NCBI GenBank assembly: GCA_051941275.1
Contig: JAVEBF010000079.1
Location: 1-32,558 of the forward strand
From: Dirinaria sp. TL-2023a
Lineage: Eukaryota
Length of the DNA stretch: 32,558 nucleotides
Reading direction: 5' to 3'
A program made the position numbers and the translations under genes. The notes beneath the pieces are model-generated. The model saw only the letters and a program-made list of their open reading frames with translations, was not told where the DNA came from and searched no databases. Below are positions 22,611 through 32,558 of this stretch, piece by piece (position 1 is the stretch's first letter; each line of letters opens with the position of its first letter).

Positions 22611-23977
22611 AGCGAAGAAGGATGGTTTTGATACTGACCGTGCGTGGGTATGCCTGACCGTTCCCTAATGCAGGCTATCACGGATCCGACCATGAATCTT
22701 CCAGCAACAAATTTTTTCAGACCAGGGTAGGCGCGGGCGGAGCTCTATTGCTCCATCAGCAATGGCGTTGGCTGTTCAGCAAACATACTATTCGCATACA
22801 TACTTAGCTTTCAGATAGCGGCCAGTCCAACCACATCAAACCCCATATTCTCTATGCTCACGCCCGTTTTTCAAACACCATAACGCATGTAGAATCCAGA
22901 AACAGTCCATGATGATCTCTCTCGCACGTTTTGCCAACCATCGCGAGATCCGGTAATGAATAATGTGCCATCAGCATTATACTAGAGCTGGAATACGTCG
23001 ATCATATCCCGAAGATGATGAAGTCGAAATTGAGATAGATTAGGCTCTGAGATAATTACTTAGACCGACTCTTCGTTTCCCAGAAGAACTCAGGTTTCAT
23101 GCCTAGAAGAAACGTCTCTTGCAGTGCTTCGCACATCGCGAGGATTTCTTGTCAGAGGGATGTTGAGGCACATGTTACGTTGACAAGGGGATTTAGACAG
23201 TCAAGAGGCTCTGTAGTCATGCTTTTGAAAAAATGTGAAATTCATGGCTCAGTGGCTTTGATGAAGTTCCGAAGGCGATAGGTATGCTCATCAGCTGCAA
23301 GAATTCTTGTTGTGGCTGCTTTTCTTAAAATTTAGCATGAAGACTCGGACACTTTGCTGCCGAATTGACTGCTTATTGAAAATTTATGGATAATAGGGTT
23401 CGATCAGGGCTCGGTATCGCTAGATCTACCGCTAGGCTAAATACCAAAACCTTGTCATAACCTTTCCCATTGCATGAATCGCAACATTGCCCCGCAGCGA
23501 CGATGTTGCGATCATTTGTTCTTGCCAGCATACCGTATCGTGATTAAAATGAAAATTGCTGAACCATTCCCTTTTGACTAATGATTCGAGGGAGAGGGAA
23601 ACATTAGCACTACTGACCTGATCAACTGAATGCCAGACGCTGTAACAGATCATTACCTTTCTCATCGGATATAAACGAAAGCGAAGCGTGAGCTCCCTTC
23701 CAGCAATACAAAAACCATAGAGCCTCTAGAAACGTGGAAGATATCAGAAGAAGGAAAAGAACTAGTTGACCCCTTGAAGTGGTGATGGCATCGATGCTGT
23801 CCTCGAGCTCACCGAGAAAGCGTAGCCTTTCACCATAGAAGAGATTGACGAAGGATGTGTCCCAACCGGAGGAAAGAGTCATGTAAGTTGTGGTCGCTTT
23901 CGATTTCTTCACTGCCAGCCACAGTCGTAATCTTGATGGCATACGCCAGCGTTCAAATCTGGAGCCGGTTCTTAAGG

Positions 23978-26469
23978 TCAATACCTATCTTGAATTTGAA
24001 AGCCCGACATATCGGGCATGTTGACCGAAGAGTTTGATTTCCAAGCGCTGTTGGCATTGTAATTGACATTCAATTGTGAGCCACTAAGATTGGATCCAGG
24101 GGGATAAAGGCCATTCGGCATGGGAGGAGTCAAAGTGCCATTCGCATTGGGAAGATTTCCCACAGATGAAGGTGGGCTCTTATTGCCCAACTCGTATGGT
24201 TGGTTGACCAGGTTGGTAGAGCTCTTCTGAAATGCGCTTCTAACGTCCATCGAACGCTTATGACTCGCAGCGTTCCGGATTGAATCTTCTACTTGCCATG
24301 CAGGCTTTTGCGGTTCAATGGCTTGGGCTGCAGTTGTTGTCCATTCCACCTTGATGGGTGTATCTTTGTTCAATTTCTGTCCATCAAACCCTAATCACAT
24401 TTGTTAGTGGCTGCGTACAATAACGACTGCCGGTGACGAACAAAGCTCGAAACGTATGTCAGCAGGCCCGATCAGGACCTTCACTTGGTAATCGACCATC
24501 AAATAAGGCTTCCCGCTATTCCAAATGTGTCGATTTTTTCGCTTGAACTTCCTTTCATCAGCTGTCGAGAGGTTCGATGCAATTTCGCACAAGATTTCTG
24601 CGCCTGGTGGCTAAGTCAGCCCAGTGAGTCTCAGAAGCAATGATCTTATCCATACCGGGCTCTAGTTGCTCAGGCAAGCGTTCCTTCTCGACATGCGATA
24701 CTACAACCTGGGTTGGGAATGTCTTTCGTGGATCTCCTGGCAAGATCTTTCGGGTGAAGTTACGTATAATCGGCGTTTCGCTTGATACTGGCTGGCCCTA
24801 GCCCCATGTGAACATTCAAACAGTACTTCGATCGAGCGAATGCGGACGACAACACACCTGCTTGATGAACCACTCTATGGACTTAGTGACGTAGAGCTTG
24901 CCATTGAGTTCATCTTTGGAGGTAGCTCGGCCGACATGGCGTTTCTCATCGTAAAGTTCTTTACAGAGAGTACCATATGATGCCCTACAGCAACGAGACC
25001 TGAGGATCGCTTTTCCAGCTTTGAGCCTCCTAACTCGATCCGCCACGATACCTTTACAAACAGCTAATTGAGGGTCGGGAGCGATCCGAACTTGCATATT
25101 TTGCGCATTGAAGTGTCCATTTCCAAATGCGTATCGGTCCCGTAAATGGCGCTGGACATCAGGTGAGTGGCCCAAGCCCCCGGAGAGCACGAGATGAGCC
25201 TTTTCATATTAGTCTCAAAAACATTCAGTTGACCTAGAAGGGCTTACCACTTGCTCATTGGGGAACTTCTTCTGCATGTTCCGGAGCTGCGAATCAATCA
25301 AGTCTATGAGCTTCTTTATTTGATTGCCGAACAGGTCACGCAGATCGTCTCTGTTAGGAGTCACTCTATCATTCCCAGTCTAGGAAGGAGAGGCTGACCT
25401 CGAAAACCTCATCTCGCCGTTCTTTATGGCTACACTGTGATTGACATAGTTTGAATCCAGTCTCGGAATGGGTACGCAAAAGACTGGAGTATCATCTGGA
25501 CTACCATGCTCGCATTTGGTGTTCTGGAAGTCCTTGCTCTTCATCATTTCCCATGCTGCTTCTTCGGGAATAATACCTAGGCGATGGGCTTGGTCAGCTT
25601 CGTGAAGTCGCGCCATTACCAGCTTCTCGAAACCGTTGTCGATGGCAGTAGATCCAATGCTATCGCCATAGACAACGTCGAGTTGCTCTAGAGACAAGGT
25701 TTCGCCCATTACTTCTGTCGCCCTAAGGACGGAAAGGTCTGTCGTTCCACCACCAGCATCGCAGACCAGGAGAACATCTTGCTCCTTGAATATACCCGAA
25801 GCCTCGACTGATGTGTGTACTGCTGCCGCCTCGGCCTCAGTAAGACCAATGTCCACCTGGTGACTTGGCCAGCTCCCGAATCCGGCCCGTTGTACAATGT
25901 TTCGGAATCTTTCGACAATCTCCGGCTTCCAAGTAGTCGGTACGCTAAATATGAACTCGATTTTCGCGTTCTGCCAGGTCGCGCCTTCTAAATGTGGGGC
26001 CAGTTGAAACTCGATGTGCCGATACAGCAGGCACAAATAGTCCGTATAGTATTTTTCCACCTCGTCGACAGATCTGGGAGCATCTTGAGGGTCTCGTAAT
26101 TGAGCCTGAGCGAGGCGCACGGGATCCAGATGCGTCTTGAACCAGTCCTTAAAATCCTTGTTCTGTTCTGAGGCTGTTTCGGACAGGAAGCCCCAGGAGC
26201 AAGGCACGGTGCTATGATTGGGATAGACGACTATGGTAGGGACCTTGTTCTCGTTGGCTTGGCTTCTGCCTGGCCATTTCTGGATCCATTTAACGTAGCC
26301 CGGGCCAATCGACAAATTTGCGTACGATACGCCTGAGCAATCGTCAGTGACACCATCTGTGAAAATAAATTGCGACTGCAGCACAGGCTCTTGCCCTAGG
26401 ATAGTACACACCAGTACATGTCATGCCAAAATCGACGCCAATCACAAGATGGGGCTTCGAGCGGTCCAT
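23978..26469 (-). CDS. Atypical Hsp70-family (HSPA12-like, actin-like ATPase) protein, ~717 aa, 7 exons (26469-26412, 26332-25399, 25350-25248, 25199-24858, 24797-24656, 24603-24442, 24390-23978)
   Basis: Phosphate-1 VIGVDFGMTCTGVSY, NKVPT, FSVPTTW, LTEAEAAA, phosphate-2 VCDAGGGTTDLS, adenosine VLSGGLG, PQLAVCKG. Six GT-AG introns (48-79 nt) give a continuous frame. No EEVD tail. Confidence 0.92.
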
Positions 26470-26815
26470 GATGTGATCAGATCCGGATCACCAAAGAGAG
26501 AATACTTTCTTTGTTCTGTCTACGCGGATCGGAAATGCGAAGCTCAACCGCAGCCTTGTCGTCTTCGGGATCTGCACACGCCGGGTGCGCGCTGCAACCG
26601 CCCCTCATCGTGGTGATCTTCAGCCGCATTCTGGACGAATGCGGCGTAGATCGATCTATCGTGTCCCCTTAACGAAGTGGCTCTTGAAGTTTGTATCACT
26701 TTCCCAAGACATATTATTATGGCGCTGACGTTATTGAGCTTGCAACGATGGCAGATGGTTGATTTTCCATCGTGCTCATGCCAGCTCTCGTCTGTGTATA
26801 ATATATACAAGCTCC

Positions 26816-27979
26816 CTAGATACGACCTACTTCTACATGCTCCCCTTCACACAGCCATTTACCTTGGCCAGACATTCTCTTCGCGTTCTCATCCAATGTC
26901 TGCAATAGCGATGGGAATATGCACACCTCCCCCCTAGCTCTTCGCTCCCACTCAAACTTGAAACAGCTGATCTGTCCAAATAATATCCAGCCAAAACTCG
27001 CTCCTCGCTTGATGATCGCTTCAAGCTTCGCCGTGCGTTCCTCACTGTTATGTTTGGCGTCGGCGTATGGCTGTATGACTCTCTCAAGGTCACGCACGGC
27101 AGTCTCCTTCGAGCCTATATTAATTGGGGCCTTATCGTGGCCCGCGTTTGCTTTTGAATGGAGGTCATGTGTTAAAGCACGCCATACAGCTAGAGCGGAG
27201 GTCGAGACTATGAGCTGTCAGTTATTATTTCGTGTGGATGTGCCGCTATTGGGGGAGGAGACTGGTTTATAGAACTCACATCCGTCTGTTTTATCACTGC
27301 ACAGAAGTTGCAGACAGTCTAGGACCTCAGCGGGTAAGAGACTGGTATTGACCACCCCGATGCGAGTGAATATAGTCCACGCGATACAATAGCGTATGGC
27401 AGGTATACGTGTCTTCGGATTCTGTAACATGGACTCCAGACTGACAGCAGGAATAGAAAGTCTTTGGCCCAGTACGCTCAGATCCGGGATCCCTTCGCCT
27501 TTTCCGATTGGCAAGGTATGATAATAGCTTTGCACATAATTCTTAATGAGCGTCTGCAATTTTGACATCTCGCCGCCGATGGCAGCATCTTCGAGAGGTT
27601 GCGGCAGTGATTGTTCCACAGCAGCAAACACACCATATTTGGGACCAATGTCATGGGTAATTAGGCCTGCGATCGGTTTCTGTTGCGGGGAATAAGTCTT
27701 CCTTGGCCGATGTCTTCGCTCTCTACGGCGCATGCATATGATGACGATACAAGCTGCTATCAATGCTCCTGCAATGGCACAACCAATGCCCATTCCCACT
27801 GCAGCACCTTTGGAAATGCTACTACTGGCCGCGCTCTTAGCGGGATTGGTTGAATTCATAGTGTTGTTGCCGCTGAGTATTGTGCTGTTGCTGTTGGCCA
27901 TTGTGGTATGGGCGCCAGCGGGATTGGTTGAATTCACAGTGTTGTTGCCGCTGAGTATTGTGCTGTTGCTGTTGGCCAT
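26816..27979 (-). CDS. Single-pass membrane protein of unknown function, ~363 aa, 2 exons (27979-27280, 27207-26816)
   Basis: N/S/T-rich N-terminus with NxS/T sites, TM helix GAAVGMGIGCAIAGALIAACIVIICM followed by RRRERRHR, then a cytoplasmic domain (PQPLED...IKNYVQSYYH...FGWILFGQ...IFPSLLQTLDE). Intron 27279-27208 is GTGAGT...CTGAC...TAG, in frame. Confidence 0.85.
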
Positions 27980-27994
27980 TGTGGTATGGGCGCC
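27839..27994 (-). repeat. 78-bp tandem duplication (2 copies, 1 mismatch) encoding GAHTTMANSNSTILSGNNT(V/M)NSTNPA
   Basis: Copies 27839-27916 and 27917-27994 read directly. Confidence 0.95.
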
Positions 27995-29419
27995 ACCTAG
28001 TCAACTCTCGGTTGTCAGGAGAGCCGCTCTGCGGTACACGTTGGAGATGGAGAAGCTGCTCCGACAAGGTTCAAGTCTAGCACTAAAATTTACGACATAC
28101 AAGCTAGAAAGATCAGCGAATGTAAACAGTTGGGGCCTTTTTCGCAGAGATGACAGCGAAAAACTCAAATGGGGAAAAGTAACTGGGGCTATGGAAAAAG
28201 AGAAAGCATTCCGCAGTTAGCTATCCACGAGGGTGGAGGCTCTACACTCCCAAGGTCCAGACTCGTTGGACTCGTTGGTGCTCCTCCATACACCCAAATC
28301 TTCTGCACACCATCTCTTCGGGCTGCTTCGGGGTAGTGAATGCCGTGTCTTTCAACTTTCTCTGTCCTGCCGTTTCAAAAGTGGATCTCGTTCAGCTCGG
28401 CGGAGGAAGGGATATTTCTGTTGTTCATATCTGTTACTCATAGGCTCAATTTCCCCATGTCAACCTTGATTGATGGTGCAGCTACGGCATCATTACCGTA
28501 CCAAAATCATGTGTTTTCCTCACTGTATAAACACCTCACACCACCTGAACCAGGATAGCATAGAACCACCGTGCGAGGGTGCCACATCGGGAGACAGCAA
28601 ATATTTCCGTGCAGCTAGCTTCTTGGCGCTAGGTCTTCTTAGCGGAGAACTACACAAATCTCCTATCCGAGGATCTGGAACTACCCCAAATCGGATCCAC
28701 CAGGTTTAAAATGAATTCACAGAGGCTCGCTTGAAGCCTTGACTGCTCTCAGTCACACAATTTTGATCTTGAGCACGCGGATTTTGTATATGGTTCGTAT
28801 CTTTCTAATGCACTCAGTTAAGAAGAACAAACGATCATTCAGCTGGAAGCAAAGGACCAGAAGAGGAGTATCGGAAGGGTGTCGAATCAGCAAGGGGGCT
28901 GTCTACTTGGCGGAGCATCAAGATGGCCAACAGTAGATCTCTTTCCGATTATCGTTATCAATTGATTTGTTGCCAGTGGTTTTTATTATTAAGCATATAA
29001 TGTCTGACTCAGGTCAAGTACAGTTGGCTATCTAACTGGCTCATCAAGGCTCGGCGCTCCTGCATCTGCACCAACAGGGTCGATCTCAAGCTCCAGTAAG
29101 CAGCGTGCCACAGGGATGTTACGGGAACTTATGTCCGAGCGCTTCTTTCCCCCGGCGCCAACTAGAAGATCCCTACCTTATTGGTAGGATCTTATGACAA
29201 GCAACTGAACAAGGCTCTTGCTGCGGCGACAGCATCTGAACATACACTTAGCTTCTTATTTTAGAAGCTGGCAGCCAGCCTTATCTCAATTGCATTCCTT
29301 CATAATCGCTTCCCTCAATTCCATGGATGATGCTTAGCACTCAATTGTCCCACTCGCTATCACTTCGCAAAAGTCGATAGCCCTTCTTCATGTGCTCGTT
29401 TTCAAAAGCCATCGAAACA

Positions 29420-30562
29420 ATGGCAGATCCGTTCACCGTCGGCGGCGTCTTTTCCGCAATCAGCACAACTTTCAAACTCGCCGAGTTCGGTCTCGCCTTG
29501 AAAGAGGTCAGCGCTGAATCTCAAATCTTCCTTGATCTCATCCAGCGCGTACGTACCGACCTTGATGAAGCCAACCGCGAGCGGTACGAGAAAGCCGCAA
29601 TCCTACAAATCATGCCTGGCAAAAGAGATTGGATTGACAAGGCGATTGACGATGTGAAGAGTTCACTTACTCAAATCGGCCTTGTGATCGAGAATGCGAG
29701 GATTGATGTCGCGAAAGGGAAGAAGGTGACTTTATATCATCGATTCAAATGGGTGTTGGATAATAAGCAGAAATTTGTCATGCGAGAGAAAGCACTGGGC
29801 ACATGCCATGTCTCTCTGTTGGCGGCAATCCAGGCCATGCATTCTTTGACAATGAGTCCACCTATGCTGTCGCATTCACTGGCCGAGCGGAAAGCTGCTC
29901 CCGTACAGGTGTCGGCGTTTGGTAGCACGACTTCTTTGGCGTCTATGGCGTCGAATGGTACCTTTTCTGCTCCACCTGAATACGACCAGGTCCCGGTCTC
30001 CTACCAAGCCGTGAACCCGGACTCGCAGATATTGAAAAGCCCACTCAGACGGAGGCCAAAGCCCATGAAGGTGACATCTGCGCCTACAAAAGAGTCTCTC
30101 ATACCAAGCTATGGACATGACCCAAGTCTGCGACATCAGCACTCGGACTGCTCGATCCAGGACTCAATACTCGAAGTCCGATCTTTATCAGATACATCTT
30201 ATCTCCAGCTACCAAACTTCAACTTACCGTCCACCAACCTAGACCTCTACACGACAGACGATACACATCCGCGTACGCGGCCCAACTCTGTGCCGGATCT
30301 TAATATTCATCATGATGACTCGATCTCAAGCATAGCTTCCGAAGATGCAGCCAACCAGTCGTTTCCATATTTCGACCCCACCAACTTCGAATTTGGCGGC
30401 CCTTACCTCCCTCCAAAAACGCCGACTGACGTCAACGATGCGGGAGCTGCTCAAAGGGAGAAAAATGAGAGCAGCAGCACTCGATTTGACCTCCAAGGCC
30501 GGACATTATCGAATGCCCAAGAGCTACGGCGAAGAGCCAGAGCACGCTTTGAGGCACGGTAG
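29420..30562 (+). CDS. Protein with HeLo-like/SesA-like (fungal STAND N-terminal-type) helical domain plus disordered Ser/Pro-rich tail, ~380 aa
   Basis: MADPFTVGGVFSAISTTFKLAEF (MxDPxx hydrophobic N-terminal helix), amphipathic helices, RFKWVL motif, and ...CHVSLLAAIQAM ending the domain. ORF open from 29390; ATG 29420 fits the family start. No NACHT P-loop follows. Confidence 0.75.
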   Translation: MADPFTVGGVFSAISTTFKLAEFGLALKEVSAESQIFLDLIQRVRTDLDEANRERYEKAAILQIMPGKRDWIDKAIDDVKSSLTQIGLVIENARIDVAKGKKVTLYHRFKWVLDNKQKFVMREKALGTCHVSLLAAIQAMHSLTMSPPMLSHSLAERKAAPVQVSAFGSTTSLASMASNGTFSAPPEYDQVPVSYQAVNPDSQILKSPLRRRPKPMKVTSAPTKESLIPSYGHDPSLRHQHSDCSIQDSILEVRSLSDTSYLQLPNFNLPSTNLDLYTTDDTHPRTRPNSVPDLNIHHDDSISSIASEDAANQSFPYFDPTNFEFGGPYLPPKTPTDVNDAGAAQREKNESSSTRFDLQGRTLSNAQELRRRARARFEAR

Positions 30563-32538
30563 CCGGGTGGTCAGCGTGACTACCAATCCCAGATTATCCT
30601 TGCGAATAGCCGTCTCTGAAATGGAAACGCCATTTGACTCACTGGAATGCTACTTCAATTGCTACAAAGTTCCTCAGCAGCGCTACTATCAGACTTGTTG
30701 CGACCCACAAAAGCAAGATAACGTAAGGATGTGCTGAAGACGCCAAATGTTGCGTATGCAGAAGCACCACTTTCGGGCCAGCATTTGTGAGTGTCGATTT
30801 TTGAAAAGCCGACTCGATAATCATGATTTCAGCAAAGCGAAGATGGAATCAAAGAAGAGAAAGACAATCCAGGGTACATGAAGTCGAAAATCTCTCAAAT
30901 CAAGCACGCTAGTACGCGGCAATGGTGCAGCTCTCAATATATGGGTGACAATACTTGAAACTCAAGAAATCAATCAAGGACGAATACCTGAGATACACAG
31001 ATAGCCTCGATACAGCTTTCTGGGTCCTTGCGCAACAAGCCAGCGAACCTTCGAAGCACGGTGCTTGTATGAGAGTACAGTAAAGCCCAGAGACTGGTCA
31101 AATTTGCAGCATATCTACAAAGGTATTTAGTGCAATCTCTGACACTGAATGATCGAGAACCAGTATGAAGCAGCCAAGGTGCTGCTTCTATGCGGAATTC
31201 GTTTGTGTCTGCTGAGCCCTACCTTTGTCAAGGTACCCATGGGCAGCTTCCAGGAACCATTCTCGTCGGAGCGAAAAAGATGGATTTTACAAGCTCAGAG
31301 TGCCGACGTTTGCCTTGTATTCGAGTACTTATCCCTTCTGGCCCTCCGGGCATCTGTGATGTCTCTTCTAAACCTAAGGCGTCAGGCGAGTCAAACTTGG
31401 ATCCAAATAACTATTGAAAACGCCTAAATTGGATGAACCCTATCACTTATGAGGAATGGAGAATCTATATCTGGGCATAATTCAGATACATGTATTTATC
31501 TAGGTTAAGCCGTTCAGGGAGTTTTTATGGAAGAAAAACATTCTGAGGAAGGCTACCAAAAGCGCGAAGACAAAGATACTTCGTTCCTCACAGGTCAGTC
31601 CATCTCCATCGTCCAATGATCAAGAAGCTTTGTAGGATACGAGTCATAAAAGACCCCGTTTTTTGCAAGCAGAAAAGTGTGGTTTCCGAAGGTCTATACT
31701 GGATAAAAGGTTATTAAATCGAAGATTTTTCGATCTAAGAGATCGGTACTTATAATAGAGAGGAGCATAGATGATGCGTGGATTGACATGGTAGAAGAAA
31801 AAGGTCCGCCCGATGACCCAAATCTGCAGATACCTATTGATAGTACTCTTTTGCTAGAATTAGCTAGCTCAAATACCTCGTCTTCTTAACCAGAAATGCT
31901 GTACGAGAAGACAATGCATATCGATCAGAACGAACTCAAAAAATCTCGTAGCCTGTAATTCAAGAGTCTTCGCTAAACCATTTGATAACATCGAAATCTA
32001 TCACAATATTATTCCATCTATTCTCCCTTTCGTACCAGCTTTTTCCGCTTAGTCTAGCCACACAATCTTCATTCTTATTAACAGAATCTTTGGGAATATA
32101 ATTATGCCTACAACTTGATCGCGGCGTCATCTCTTTTCGCTTTTCACTTCCACCATTGAACCACAACACAAATACCCCCATAAACCCCTTCCTCTCTCAG
32201 CCAATTATTTTCAATTAACATTCTTCGAATGTTTTTTAACCCAACTTTGACCTGATTTCAGATCCACTGACCCCCAGCCTTTTGTCTTCTAAAGTCATTC
32301 AAATTATCAGACTTGATACCATCGAATTCTCCCCCTTTCTATTCAAACAAGATAAAAAAAATCGAAAAAGATCGTTAATGTAAGAAAGATTCAATCTAAA
32401 TAATAAGATTACAAGATAAATATTCTTGTCTTACGGGCAGCATTTGACAGCGAGATACGTTCTAGTACATCTAACGATTAAAATGAGTTTTTTATTTCAG
32501 TTTGAATAAAAGGGGTGCGGTTGGTCAAGGAAGTCCAC

Positions 32539-32558
32539 TTTTTTTTTTTTTTTTTTTT
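32539..32558 (+). repeat. Poly(T) run at window end, probably an assembly break
   Basis: 20 T ending the sequence after an AT-rich stretch. Confidence 0.8.

Noticed and set aside
23622..23981. ORF abutting the Hsp70-like stop codon
   Set aside because: Non-ATG start and no motif; likely 3' UTR.
26469..26816. Fusion of the membrane protein and Hsp70-like gene into one CDS
   Set aside because: Clear stop at 26816 and an independent ATG with the phosphate-1 motif at 26469.
27732..28220. 162-aa hydrophobic plus-strand ORF
   Set aside because: Antisense of the N/S/T-rich repeat in the membrane-protein gene.
31149..32520. Ankyrin-like snippet (NQYEAAKVLLLCG) and AT-rich terminal region as pseudogene or TE
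   Set aside because: Single short match and many stops; cannot be supported without a search.

Overview
Eukaryotic DNA from a filamentous ascomycete (Pezizomycotina-type): 48-79 nt GT/GC-AG introns with CTRAY branch sites. I could splice about 10 protein-coding genes by hand: a Rid/YjgF-family protein (GC-AG intron), a secreted A1 aspartic protease, an F-box-like protein, a BTB/POZ protein, a 14-TMS-type MFS efflux pump, an intronless 497-aa orphan, a MYND-finger protein with a possible Cys-His-Asp domain, an HSPA12-like Hsp70 ATPase, a single-pass membrane protein, and a HeLo/SesA-like N-terminal-domain protein. The central 12-21 kb is gene-poor and accessory-like. It holds a cryptic spliced pseudogene and a non-coding array of five ~155-bp units, each with a TATA-like box and short palindromes, upstream of the orphan gene. 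The two best leads are that array and the Hsp70-like / membrane protein / HeLo-like three-gene module. All family calls are by motif recognition only; no searches were run.
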